Shown: positions 26,731 through 39,660 of the stretch, piece after piece | Layout: each line of letters starts with the position of its first letter | Position numbering within the stretch: the stretch's first letter is position 1 | Assembly: GCA_951406725.2 (NCBI GenBank) | Contig: OX597831.1 | Span: forward strand, 25,916,001-25,980,000 | From: Octopus vulgaris | Lineage: Eukaryota | Length of the DNA: 64,000 nt | Reading direction: 5' to 3' | The notes under the pieces: generated by a model | Told to the model about the DNA's origin: nothing | The model's input: only the letters and a program-made list of their open reading frames with translations | The model's database searches: none | Translations under genes and position numbers: made by a program

Positions 26731-26898
26731 CTTTCTTGCCTATGTGTGTTACGCACATGAGCAGGTTTTGCCACCATCGTCGATCTGGTTGCTGTACCTT
26801 GTCCAGATATCCTTCCAAGACCGGCCGTATGTTTCGAATGATTTTATACCAGCTTTTTCCACCACTGAGAAAGCATTTACTTTTCGCAAGAGAAAAAC
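26731..26898 (+). CDS. Candidate 168-nt phase-1 symmetric coding exon (FLPMCVTHMSRFCHHRRSGCCTLSRYPSKTGRMFRMILYQLFPPLRKHLLFAREK), or a first exon starting at ATG 26742
   Basis: Pyrimidine-rich acceptor CCCTTTATTTCTCAG|, consensus donor AAC|GTAAGT, open frame, length divisible by 3, non-repetitive GC-richer sequence inside a ~7-kb SINE-free block. Confidence 0.65.
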
Positions 26899-29049
26899 GT
26901 AAGTAACCGAAAGAAAAAACAAAAAAACACAACAACAACAACAACAACAACAACAACATCAACAAAAGTATAACAATAACAAAAATTAAGAATTAATGTT
27001 TTAAGAGAGGCAATAAAAAAAAAAAAACATTCTGTGAAATGTATATATATGATCTTGTGACAAATATAAGTGACATCATTTGACAGTCTTAGTACTCTGT
27101 TGAAAATTTCAATACGGTGTTGAAATTTTTAACATACATTCAAATGGAAAATGTTTGTGCATGTGTATAATTATGTATGCACATGTATTTGTATGTGGCG
27201 GTGAAATTGACATATGCAAATATTTGTGCATACATATATGTATGCCTGTTTATGTATGTACATAGATACATTGATGTATACATAAATTCTAAAATTATGT
27301 ATACATTTTTGAATCCAAACATACATATGTTGCATAAATATATGAATAAACATATACATGCATGCATTTGTGTATATTCATGCAGGCTTGTTTATGTGCT
27401 GCATAAATAGATACAGCTGTGTGGATGTATATGTGCAATTATTGATAAATCATTGTTTATTTTTGCAAGTTACTGAACATCATAATAGTATAAACATGTA
27501 AAAAAAAAACAATTACTACAGAGAAATACAAGAGATCCATAATCTACCAACGTACAATACATTTGCAGCACAAAACATGCATGATGCATCAGTTGTTTTT
27601 AATATGCACCAAAATTAAACAAACAGATGAATATCCCTTTTAGATGTAAATATGATTACTTTCCAAAGAACTCCCTCACCACTAAAAATAAAAAATACCT
27701 AAATATCTGTAAAAAAAATTCATTTATTCTAAATACAACTATCCATTAATAACAGAATAAGAAATTGTTTTTTTTTTTTTCATTTTTATTTTATTTTTAT
27801 CAGTTTTTTTTTTTAATTGCTCCCTGTTTGCAATTAATATTTTCCCCTCTCTTGATTTCTTCTTTTGGTTTAATGTTCACGCTGTTTTCTCATTTTTCAA
27901 ATTAATTTTACCATCTAATCAAGTAGCCGTCTCATTTCTTCCATCTTTCCAATTTCATTTATTTATTTATCTATTTATTTATTAATCTATTCGTTGTTGC
28001 TTTTTTTTTTTTTACTTTTTGCTTCTCCCCTGTCATTCATTGTTCATTTGTTGTTTGCAATTATTTAATATATTCTGCACTGTTTATTTATTTTTTAAAA
28101 GAATTATTTTTCTGAAATCTTTTGATCCATTTCTATACATTTCATTCCCCAATCACCATCATCATCATTGGTAGAACCATTACCACTTACACAGTTTACC
28201 TGCAATATTGACAAGGTTGTTTTTGTTGTTGTCCAACATTTTCTTGCACATAATACCTGCATAATATCTCAGTTTTTTTCTTCTGTTTGTTTGTTTGTTT
28301 GTTTGTTTGCTTTTATAATTCAACTCACACATTGAAAATTAAAAATCAATCACATTTTTAAAAATTGAAATCAATTGTGTGTGTGTGCTTGAATGAATGA
28401 ATGAATATATATGTGCATACACACACACACATATATATGCATGTGTTCATGTGTGTGTTTATATGCGTGTAAATATGTTTACATGTGTTTATATAAACAT
28501 GTACGTACAACAACTCCATCCTTTAGACACAATGTATATAGTTGTCAAGCTGATTTCTCCACACAAGACATAGCCAGGATTTTTGCTCTTCAATACACAA
28601 AACACTATTTGACATGATGTAACAGTATAACCAGCTAATTTAATAACTTGTCTAGTGCAATATCCACCTAAATACAAAAAACTGTGTCGTCATATATCTA
28701 TGTATTTTTGTACATGTTTGTCTTTGCGATTTTCTGTTTTCTAATATACCTGAATCTGCATATTCATAATAACAGCAGGACCCATAGAGATTTCACATTT
28801 ATTAATGTTCCTAATGATATTTTGTTGCATAAATTCCTAAATCTTCAAAACATTGTTTTACTATGTTTTAGATTTCAATTGCTTTCAGTGTTGTTCCATA
28901 GTTAAGGTTGTTGAAAGCGTAACACTCACATTTGTTTCGTTATGTTCAAGTCTTCAGTCGTGTCCACAATTTTGCCCCATTGTCATAGTTGTTAGAAGTA
29001 TAATGCTTGAATTCTTGAATTCAAGCTGTGACAATAATTGCATATGCAT

Positions 29050-29155
29050 ACACGTGTGTGTGTGTGTGTGTGCATGTATGCGTGTGAGTGTGCATGTATG
29101 TGTGTGTGCATGTATGTGTGTATATGTGTGTGTGCTTATGTACTTATATGTATAT

Positions 29156-29222
<67 letters not shown>

Positions 29223-29460
29223 ATGTGTGTGTATTTATGTGAATATATGTGCATTTATATGTTGCTTAACCTCTGGTCAGCTCAGACCAAGCAGACCGAT
29301 AAACAAATATGTTCTAGCTATGATAATCCTTTTCAGGCTTATTGCATCTGGGTTGCATTATTCCTCATGTCTTCATACATATTCATGTATATGCATATAT
29401 ACATATACATACATACATACATACATACATACATACATACATACATACATACATACATAA
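29050..29460. repeat. (TG)n and (TACA)n microsatellites
   Basis: Direct reading. Confidence 0.95.
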
Positions 29461-30519
29461 AGACATATATATATATAGCAGTATGTGTTTTGTGCGAGTG
29501 ATGTTTGTTGCATTAATCTGAATAGTGCCAGTGCATATACAGTTATAATAAATTTTGATCGTATACTCATTACTGTTATCCTTCATTGCTTGTTTAGTTT
29601 AAACTACTTGTATCTTTAAACAACCAGTTGGCCTTTCAATATAACAGACAACAAAATGAATTTTTTGAAAATGAAAAAAAAAAATAAATAAATTGAAGAC
29701 ATATACATGCAATAAATCCTAATCTTTAATTTTCGTAAACAACTTATTTTGATTTGTTCCCCCTCCCCTCCACTATTTGTTGAAGCTGATATTATTGTCC
29801 TAGCAATGTCCTTGCAAACATCTCTCTGTTTTCTCATGTCAACTTGAAGATTTATATCTAATTAATAGATCTTCCTTTAACTTCAACATTTGGAGAGTCG
29901 CTGTTAGACTAGACAATAGTGCAACCAACAAATCTTCAGCTTGTATCTCAGCTCTGTTCTGTTTATGTAGAGTTTGGATGCATACCCATGTAAATAAGAT
30001 ATTGGACTACCTATTCATAGGCAGTGAGTTCAAATCTACTGCAGGTGCTTATTCGCATTATAGAATTTTAAAAATATCCATAGTCCAGTATTCTTCAGAT
30101 TACCAAAGTCATGGAAATGGCACTGGATCACCACCTAAGAGACTTACTTATAAACGACTGGAATTCTATGCAGAGTACATTTCTTTTCAATTTCGTTGAT
30201 TTCTCTTGTTTTCTTCTAAAATTATACATTCACTTTTTAATCATTAGGTGTTCAAGAAGTGTTTTCATTTTATTCTGTTCAAGTCTGTAGCTATTTTTTT
30301 CTTAGCTGTTTTTAGTCTCTCTCATTGGTTATGGATTAGTAATATAGAGAAATACTTGATGTTGGAAATCAGAGAACTGTTTAATTTGTGATTTATTAGC
30401 AGTTCTCAGTTCCAGTTCTACTGTAAGAGACTGGAAAGAGAAACTGTACTTGATTAACTTGTCCTAAATACTGTATGTAGTGACAGTCTTTTAAGTGGTC
30501 TCCTAAGGAACTGATTAGG

Positions 30520-30800
30520 TATATTATCATTGCTTGTGTACAAAGTGTGACGTTGCACAAGCATTTAAGGCAGAGGATGCCAGAAGCCTGGAAATAAATA
30601 AGGCAAACATACTCTGTTTGATGTATAAAGTTTGTGTATATGAACAATGGAACGCAAATGGATTGAGAACAAAACAAGGCATGGAAGAGAGAAGAGTGAG
30701 TTGGTGCAAGCACATGACGTGCATGGATGATGATAATTGCATAAAGGATTACCAAACAAGCCATTTGGAAGGGGCCAGCGGGAAAAGAAATCCAAGGAAT
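30520..30800 (+). pseudogene. RTE-clade LINE ORF C-terminal remnant
   Basis: AFKAEDARSLEINKANILCLMYKV...EERRVSWCKHMTCMDDDNCIK...EGASGKRNPR resembles the RTE C-terminus (..ETW.L...D...L...E..ML.WM...RRL.W.GH..RM....G.R.RGRP). Confidence 0.75.
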
Positions 30801-30944
30801 TGAGTAAAAACCTTAATCCTACATTAATTCAGAGTGCCAAACTCATGGAAATAGCACCACCAACTCACCACTTGGGAAAGATATTTGCAATAGACTGGCA
30901 TCGTATCTATAGGATGCCTATCTTTTATTTATTTGTTATTATTA

Positions 30945-31341
30945 CTCTCTCTCTTTCTCTCTTTTACTTGTTTCAGTCATTTGACTGCGGCCATGATGGA
31001 GCACCGCCTTTAGTCGAGCAAATCGACCCCGGGACTTATTCTTTGTAAGCCCAGTACTTATTCTATCGGTCTCTTTTTGCCAAACCACTAAGTGACGGGG
31101 GACGTAAACCCACCAGCATCGGTTGTCAAGCAATGCTAGGGGACAAACACAGACACACATACACATATACATATATACGATAGGCTTCTTTCAGTTTCCG
31201 TCTACCAAATCCACTCACAAAGCATTGGTCGGCCCGGGGCTATAGCAGAAGACACTTGCCCAAGATGCCACGCAGTGGGACTGAACCTGGAACTATGTGG
31301 TTGGTTAGCAAGCTACTTACCACACAGCCACTCCTGTGCCT
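30945..31341 (-). mobile_element. SINE family A (duplication unit 1)
   Basis: Full-length match. Confidence 0.9.
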
Positions 31342-32144
31342 ATTGTTTTTTTTTTGTTTTGTTTTGTTTTTTTGTTCTTTTGGGGGTTATTTTTCTGGAG
31401 CTAGGCATTCACAATTTTAGCCCCTAGGGACTCGGGAGGTGTTTTTTTATTTTACCTGAAATCAACTCTTAACATATACGAAGTGGTGAAAAGTTGTCTC
31501 TGGAGGATGAACGTCATAAAGCAGACGACAAAAGAATCCAACAAATGACAAATTGTTGTAGTGGAGAAGACCTGTCAACATATGCAAACTTAGAAAAACA
31601 GATGACAAATACTGGCAATGATATATTATTGCAATTATTGTTGTTGATATAAGTAGGGTTTGGCATTATTGTTGTTGAATTAAGAAGAGCAAAACGGAGG
31701 GCTTCATGGCTTAGTCAGCATTTCATGCATCTTGTCTTAATTCCTCTAAATGTCAAATTTGATTTTCAACCATCTGATGCCAGAAGCCTGGAAATAAATA
31801 AGGCAAACATACTCTGTTTGATGTATAAAGTTTGTGTATATGAACAATGGAACGCAAATGGATAGAGAACAAAACAAGGCATGGAAGAGAGAAGAGTGAG
31901 TTGGTGCAAGCACATGATGTGCATGGATGATGATAATTGCATAAAGGATTACCAAACAAGCCATTTGGAAGGGGCCAGTGGGAAAAGAAATCCAAGGAAT
32001 TGAGTAAAAACCTTAATCCTACATTAATTCAGAGTGCCAAACTCATGGAAATAGCACCACCAACTCACCACTTGGGAAAGATATTTGCAATAGACTGGCA
32101 TCGTATCTATAGGATGCCTATCTTTTATTTATTTGTTATTATTA

Positions 32145-32542
32145 CTCTCTCTCTTTCTCTCTTTTACTTGTTTCAGTCATTTGACTGCGGCCATGCTGGA
32201 GCACCGCCTTTAGTCGAGCAAATCGACCCCGGGACTTATTCTTTGTAAGCCCAGTACTTATTCTATCGGTCTCTTTTTGCCAAACCACTAAGTGACGGGG
32301 GACGTAAACCCACCAGCATCGGTTGTCAAGCAATGCTAGGGGGACAAACACAGACACACAAACACACACACATATATACGATAGGCTTCTTTCAGTTTCC
32401 GTCTACCAAATCCACTCACAAAGCATTGGTCAGCCCGGGGCTATAGCAGAAGACACTTGCCCAAGATGCCACGCAGTGGGACTGAACCTGGAACTATGTG
32501 GTTGGTTAGCAAGCTACTTACCACACAGCCACTCCTGTGCCT
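32145..32542 (-). mobile_element. SINE family A (duplication unit 2)
   Basis: Full-length match. Confidence 0.9.
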
Positions 32543-33494
32543 ATTGTTTTTTTTTTGTTTTGTTTTGTTTTTTTTTGTTCTTTTGGGGGTTATTTTTCTG
32601 GAGCTATGCATTCACAATTTTAGCCCCTAGGGACTCGGGAGGTGTTTTTTTATTTTACCTGAAATCAACTCTTAACATATACGAAGTGGTGAAAAGTTGT
32701 CTCTGGAGGATGAACGTCATAAAGCAGACGACAAAAGAATCCAACAAATGACAAATTGTTGTAGTGGAGAAGACCTGTCAACATATGCAAACTTAGAAAA
32801 ACAGATGACAAATACTGACAATGATATATTATTGCAATTATTGTTGTTGATATAAGTAGGGTTTGGCATTATTGTCGTTGATATAAGAAGAGCAAAATGG
32901 AGGGCTTCATGGCTTAGTCAGCATTTCATGCATCTTGTCTTAATTCCTCTAAATGTCAAATTTGATTTTCAACCATCTGAAATTGTGAAGTACCAGTGAT
33001 ATGATGGGGTTTTGAAGCAATCGTTTCTACTCGTCTAGTTTATGAAAAGGATATAAAACTTAAGAAAACAATAAAATTCACAAAATTTGCCATTAAATCT
33101 TACAGCTTTGAGGTTTCAATGATGTGATTGTTTATTTTTAGAATGGCATTGTAGGTTAGGTGTGAGAAGCTAGATATCGCCAGTTTGAATATAAAACATG
33201 TAGAATATATTGGGCCGGATTTGGCCAGTTTAAACACTAAAGGGTTAATGAAATCTATGGTTCCAGTTTACATTCTTTGTTAATTCCATTTCAGTTGATA
33301 TGGTCTTTGAGAAAGAGTAGTGTAACTTCTCAATTTCTCTAAAAATCTGTGTCGCTATGTTGTTCTGCGTTGTTATTTATTAAGAGCAACCACATCTTAC
33401 ATTGCTGCTGTTGTCATTGTTATTGGTTGTGTTTCATGTTGTTTACTTTAAGTCAGTTTTGATTAAGTATACCCTTAGTTAGAAATATTCCATT

Positions 33495-33700
33495 ACTCTT
33501 TTACACTTTTATTTGTTTCAGTCATTTGACTGCGGCCATGCTGGAGCACCACCTTTATTGTCGAGCAAATCGACCCCAGAGCTTATTCTTTGTAAGCCTA
33601 GTACTTATTCTATCGGTCTCTTTTGCTGAACCGCTAAGTTACGGGGACGTAAACATACCAGCATTGGTTGTCAAGCAATGGTGGGGGGGGGACAAACAGG

Positions 33701-33731
<31 letters not shown>

Positions 33732-33910
33732 AAATATATATATACACACATATATATATACATATATGACAGGCTTCTTCCAGTTTCCGTCTACCAAATG
33801 ATCCAAGGCTATAGTAGAAGACACTTGCCCAAGGTGCCACGCAGTGGGATTGAACCCAGGACCATGTGACTGGTCAGCAAGCTACTTACCACACAGCCAC
33901 ACCCACCCCT
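33495..33910 (-). mobile_element. SINE family A
   Basis: Near full-length match with a small internal deletion. Confidence 0.9.
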
Positions 33911-34883
33911 ATCCATTCATTACCATCTTTTTTTCAGATATTCTGTATTTAGGGACCACATCACTCAATATATCCTTCCTTTTTTTCTAAGATAGTAGAA
34001 TGTAATTTAGAGTAGATTTGGTTGTGATTTTTAACAGTTCAAGCAACCACATAAGGTTTCCTCACTGGTTTACAATTTAGGATGTATTTCGCTGAAAAGA
34101 AATATTGTTTCATTAATCATTCTTCTCCTGTGTGTTAAATTGTAAACTGTTACGTTAATTTTTAAAATGCGGGATTTTTTTCCAAATATTTTGTTCTTTT
34201 ACCAAATCCAATCCTTTGCATATATTTGGAATAACATTGAATTAATCTTGTTCTAGCCGCTAGTCATGACCACTTATTATTTCTCAAGTTAATCACAGCA
34301 ATTGTTTTAACAACCATAACAGCAATTTTATAATAAAAACAGAAATCTAGGCTTTTAATGAAATATTATCAGCATCCTCTTTCCTAATTGGTCTATCTCC
34401 TATTTCCACTATTATTTAGAAATGTCTTAACCTTTTTTGATAACAACCTACCTGTGATTGCCAATGGTTCTATTATACAAATTTCATGTTTAAAGAGAAC
34501 TGAATTAAAACCTTGTATGTAAAGTTCATATTAATTAATGTTCCAAACAGTAGCTTAACTCTTTTGATACCAAATTTCTGTTGGAATACACTTCCTTCGT
34601 TTGAGTTAATTTTGAAATTAATGAAAAATTTAGTAAAATAACTTTGTTGTTATTATGCTAGAGTTTGGAACATAAGTTTACAGGAAATTTTGAAGGAACA
34701 TTTAAATTCAAATCACCTTGAAACAGGAAGTCCATAACATAAAAGCAGGAGTGGTCATGGTTGGTTTGGTATCAGAAGAGTTAATAAAAGTTATTTTATG
34801 GAATTCGTTATTATTTTCAAAATTAATTGAAATCAAGATAATGTATTTTAACAGAAATATGGTAATATTTCTGTTAAAATATA

Positions 34884-35204
34884 GTCTTCTACTATAGCCT
34901 CGGGCCAACCAAAGCATTGTGAGTGGATTTGGTAGACAGAACTGAAAGAAGCCCATCGTGTATATGTATATCTATATATATATGTGTGTGTATGTTTGTG
35001 TGTCTGTGTTTGTCCCCTCAACATCGCTTGACAACCAATGCTGGTGTGTTTACATCCCCGTAACTTAGTGGTTCAGCAAAAGAGTTCAATAGAATAAGTA
35101 CTAGGCTTACAAAGAATAAATCCTGGAGTCGATTTGCTCAACTAAAGGCGGTGCTCCAGCATGGCCACAGTTAAATGACTGAAACAAGTGAAAGAGTAAA
35201 GAGT
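34884..35204 (+). mobile_element. SINE family A, 5'-truncated
   Basis: Starts at GTCTTCTACTATAGCCTCGGG and lacks the tRNA head. Confidence 0.85.
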
Positions 35205-35520
35205 AATATAAAGTTAATGTATATACAAATTAATGGAGCAGAAAACAAAGAAATTTGTCTGGATTTCTTTTCTTTTTTAATTGGTTTACCTGCCCTGAAA
35301 CTGAATATAGTAACTGAAGTCGTTTGGCTTTTGTTTGTCTTACTGGATATATGATATTTATATCTGGTTCATATTATATCTGGTGTTACAATGTATATTT
35401 TCAAGAACAAATATTTTAATCATATTCTATATCATTGGGGATATCTTTACTTTATTCTCACTCTCTCTTTCCCCTAATTGTGAGTAGCCATGTAGCTCAT
35501 CTACAACAAGAACCTACTCT

Positions 35521-35748
35521 GTGGCAAGCTGACAGAATCATTAGCATGCCGGACGAAATGCATACCGGTATTTCATCTGCCGTTACATTCTGAGTTCAAA
35601 TTTCGCCATGGTCGACTTGCCTTTCATCTTTTCGGGATTGATAAATTAAGTACCAGTTACGCACTGGGGTCGGTGTAATCGACTTAATCCGTTTGTCTGT
35701 CCTTGTTTGTCCTCTCTGTGTTTAGCCCCTTGTGGGCAATAAAGAAAT
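35521..35748 (+). mobile_element. SINE family B, young subfamily, with 13-bp TSD
   Basis: AAGAACCTACTCT at 35508-35520 and 35749-35761; tail ...TTTAGCCCCTTGTGGGCAATAAAGAAAT. Confidence 0.9.
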
Positions 35749-37214
35749 AAGAACCTACTCTACTCCAACCTCTTCTCTCATACCTTACTCCCTTACCCCC
35801 ATCTAGCATACAGAAGCAATATCCTCCCTCCTTGGGTTTGTTGACTTGAAAACTATGTGGTGACATCAATAGCTCTAGTGGCACCAAAAATGTACCTTGT
35901 ATAAAGTGGTTGGCAATTAGGAAGGGCAACCAGCTGTAGAAACCAGGCCAAAGCAGACACTGGAATACAATGCAGTTCTTGACTCCATTGGCTCTTTTTC
36001 AAACTATCCAATCCATGCCATCATGAAACATGGATGTTAAATGATGATGGCAATGACAACAACGAAGATGATGATGATGACAACGATAACAATAACTACA
36101 AATGAATGTGAGTCAAAAGTATATTTATCATGTCAACAGCCCTGGAAATCATCTCTTTTAAGATGTGACACCCTCTTGGATATATTCGGTGGCAACACTT
36201 TTCTAAATGATTTAACTCTAATGTAGCAATACCATAACTAAAATGCACAACCCCCTTTTTTTTTTTAATGCATATGCTCAAAATCCCAATACTTCAGTAA
36301 TTGAATTTTATTTATATTTACTTCAAGAAAGAAAAATATTATCTTAACTTTCTATCAACACAAACTCCAACTGTAAACCTTCTTCAAAGAAGCATATATC
36401 TTTCACAACAAACTGTTTGAAATCATTTTCTTACTTTTTTATTTATTCTTTGTCTTTTCTCTTGGAATTTTAATATTCATGGAGATATATTATATTTTCA
36501 AAGTAGAAAATATCGAAGATTCTTTAAACTCTTTTGCAAATCAATAAAATGTGAATAATATATATTCTGAATAGATTTACACTGATTATTTTTTAACTCT
36601 TAAATAATATAGTGACATGGGAATTAGCCAGAACGAAGTTGCTTGTTCAAACTGTTTAAATGATTTTTGAAAACTCAAAATGTCAATGGAAGTAAATATA
36701 CATGCACACAATACTCATGATACCTCCTATATATATTCATGTTGTTATATTGAATAGAATTGCACAAATGGATTGTATTTACAATGCCAATAAAAATCCA
36801 TTCAGGACATCACTTCACTCACCGTCAAGGGGATTGTATGATCATTCAAGCTGCTAAAAATAGCAGTCAAATCTCATATGTCAGACCTTACTCTCAGAAA
36901 AAGAAATGTAATAATAATAATGGATTAAGTGGAAGATCACACTGAACAATGTAGTCAAAGAAATATAAAGGATTGGATAGTCATGATTGGAAAAACTTTG
37001 AATGCTATAATTCTGCTTAGTCAGTGTTGACCTAAAACTGAATAACATGAGCAAGAAGGTCACTACATATGTTTCACCTCAGATCATAGAAAAGCATTTA
37101 TTTCTATCCCCAACTCCCATCCATCCCATAAAAATAGGTTTCATGCCTATTTAAAAAAGATAGTGGTGATGAAGTGTCAAGATACAGACAGGTGAATATA
37201 AGAGAGCATAAGGA

Positions 37215-37589
37215 GGCGAGTTCCTTTCGAGCAATGGGTCTCACAAAGGTGAGTTCCCTTTCAAGTGTTGGGCCACACGGAGGCAAAGTGGCTGAGTTCC
37301 TTTTGAGTGTTGGACCTCACAGAGGCAATGACCAAGACCTTTGGCATTATGTCATGCTTGAGAAGAAGACCCATCAAGCCCAGTAAAATTGCAGTCATGA
37401 CAGATATCGGTATCATGCAAATAGCACCCATTACACTCTCAGAGTGGTTGCCATTAGGAAGGGCATCCAGCTGTAGAAATCATGCCAAATCAGACTGGAG
37501 TCTGGTGCAGCCTTCCAGCTTACCAACCATAGTCAAACTGTCCAACCCATGCCAGCTTGGACAACGGACATTAAATGTTGATGATGATA
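37215..37589 (+). mobile_element. Retroposon ending in the family C / RTE-like tail
   Basis: AGGAAGGGCATCCAGCTGTAGAAA...CCAACCCATGCCAGC...GATGATGAT; the upstream part has short repeats GAGTTCCTTT. Confidence 0.7.
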
Positions 37590-37693
37590 TATATATATAT
37601 ATACACACACACACATACATACACACATACATACATACATACATACATACATACATGCATACATACATACATACATACATATATACATGCATA

Positions 37694-38236
37694 CTGGGTG
37701 CGGTGAATAAAATGTCATCTAAATTACGCAAAAATGATATATTTACCAAAATTACAGAAAAATATCTTGAAATACTAATGAGTAAATTTATTATATTGCC
37801 AGACACAGGGTCTTTCAGCAGCCACGCTCTTAACCCAGGACAGCACTATCTCCTCCAGGTACTTGATGTAGGCCTCCACGTTGAGTCTGAGACCATGTGG
37901 GAAGATAAATGGAAGCATAACGTCCATCATTAGTGATCACTAAAAACACTTTTGTAATCATCATTAAACTCATCCAACTCTTTCTGAAAGTTCTGCCCTC
38001 TCCTCAGATTGACACCCAAACACTCTGATATGTTCGTACTGGAGCTTCTGCTACAAATTCCAAGCAGTACAGCATGTCGTTTCCAAATTTCTGGCAGAGT
38101 GAATTATGTCATGGTGTTGTTTTTCTCACAGACTGTGCCCAACTAACCCTACTATACTGTGTAGTCTACAAAATCAAAAACAATGTGCATATGCAAAATT
38201 AAAAATATAAAAGGGCAACAATTTATCCATTGTACC
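37694..38236 (-). mobile_element. Second internally deleted maT/DD37D-like transposon
   Basis: Reverse complement matches 18666-19030; encodes LPFIFPHGLRLNVEAYIKYLEEIVLSWVKSVAAERPCVWQ; TA|CTGGGTGCGGTGAATAAAATGTC terminus. Confidence 0.8.
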
Positions 38237-38264
38237 TTGTGTGGATGTATATATATATATATAT

Positions 38265-38329
<65 letters not shown>

Positions 38330-39047
38330 GTCAGTTCATTGCAGTTAGTGAAAAAATTTGAACAAATTACTGCACAGTGAGATCAAAACTTGAACCATAT
38401 GTTTGTAAATTGAACTTATTAATCAGATAACAAAAATTAGACAACAAAGATGAAAGGAAGGAGAAGATTAATTTAGTAAGACGATAAAATGAATTCAAAA
38501 TTCAGAAATGACTTGTGAGATTGCCAAAGAAAGTGGTGGTCAGTGAGTCCTTCCAGTCTTAAATGTGTGAAGTTGCTTCTCTTGAAAGTTGTCTTCAACA
38601 GGTCTTTGAACCACTTATTTGGTCACCAACCAGGTATTGGCACTAATGTAGCAAACCATAGAGGATCCTGTAAGGGAGAAGTGATTCAGCCATATCTATA
38701 ACAAATCTGACCCATCTTAGCTGATGATTGTGTAATTTGGACAGATTGGTATAGATGTTGGTCTAACATAATCTTATCTGTTTTCTTGTTTTCAATATCC
38801 AGTATTTTCTGGAAATACTGGGATATTTAAGACGTCCAGGCTTCTAATGTGTCAGAATTTCTGTTTTTAGATGAACTAACATATGTGTAAGAATGAACAT
38901 ATTGAAATGGCAACATATGAAATATTCTAAAAGTAATGCAGTGAAATATTATTTTATCCAATATTTTATTAACGATCAGTGATATCTGTGAAGTCACTGT
39001 AGCAATACCAAGTACATTGTTTGTTGATATGTCTTTTGATATACAAG

Positions 39048-39660
39048 GTGGCAAGTTTGCAGAATTGCTAGCACACCACGCAAAATATTGAATGGTATTT
39101 CATCCAGAAGGCGGCGAGCTGGCAGAAACATTAGCATGCTGGGCGAAATGCTTAGCTGTATTTCGTCTGCCGCTATATTCTGAGTTCAAATTCCACTGAG
39201 GTCAACTTTGCCTTTCATCCTTTCGGGGTCGATTAAATAAGTACCAGTTACACACTGGGGTCGATATAATCGACTTAATCCATTTGTCTGTCCTTGTTTG
39301 TCCTCTCTATATTTAGCCCCTTGTGGGTAATAAAGAAATAGGTATTTCGTCTGCCGCTACGTTCTGAGTTCAAATTCCACTGAGGTCGACTTTGCCTTTC
39401 ATCCTTTTGGGGTCGATTAAATAAGTACCAGTTACGCACTGGGGTCGATATAATCAACTTAATCCATTTGTCTGTCCTTGTTTGTCCTCTCTGTGTTTAG
39501 CCCCTTGTGGGTAGTAAAGAAATAGGTATTTCATCCATCTTTATGTTCCAAGTTCAAATTCTGCCAAGGTCTACTTGTATCCTTTCAGAATTGATGAAAT
39601 AAGTACTACTCAAGCACTCCTACAAAACTTTAGACCTTGTGCCTGATGTACAAAGAATAT
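39048..39660 (+). mobile_element. Nested SINE B stack (old host plus two young units)
   Basis: TSD GGTATTTCATCCA at 39094-39106 and 39525-39537 flanks young copies 39107-39340 and 39341-39524. Confidence 0.9.

Larger units (their letters stand above)
30576..32980. repeat. Tandem duplication of a ~1.2-kb unit (30576-31775 / 31776-32978)
   Basis: Both units begin GATGCCAGAAGCCTGG and end TTTTCAACCATCT, with only scattered substitutions and microsatellite length differences. Confidence 0.97.

Noticed and set aside
36823-36853. Minus-strand microexon candidate (LNDHTIPLT) with a GTGAGT donor
   Set aside because: Not frame-preserving, opposite in strand to the better exon candidates, and easily a chance match.
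37307-37933. 208-aa ORF
   Set aside because: It runs across a retroposon tail, a (TACA)n tract and the antisense strand of a transposon relic.
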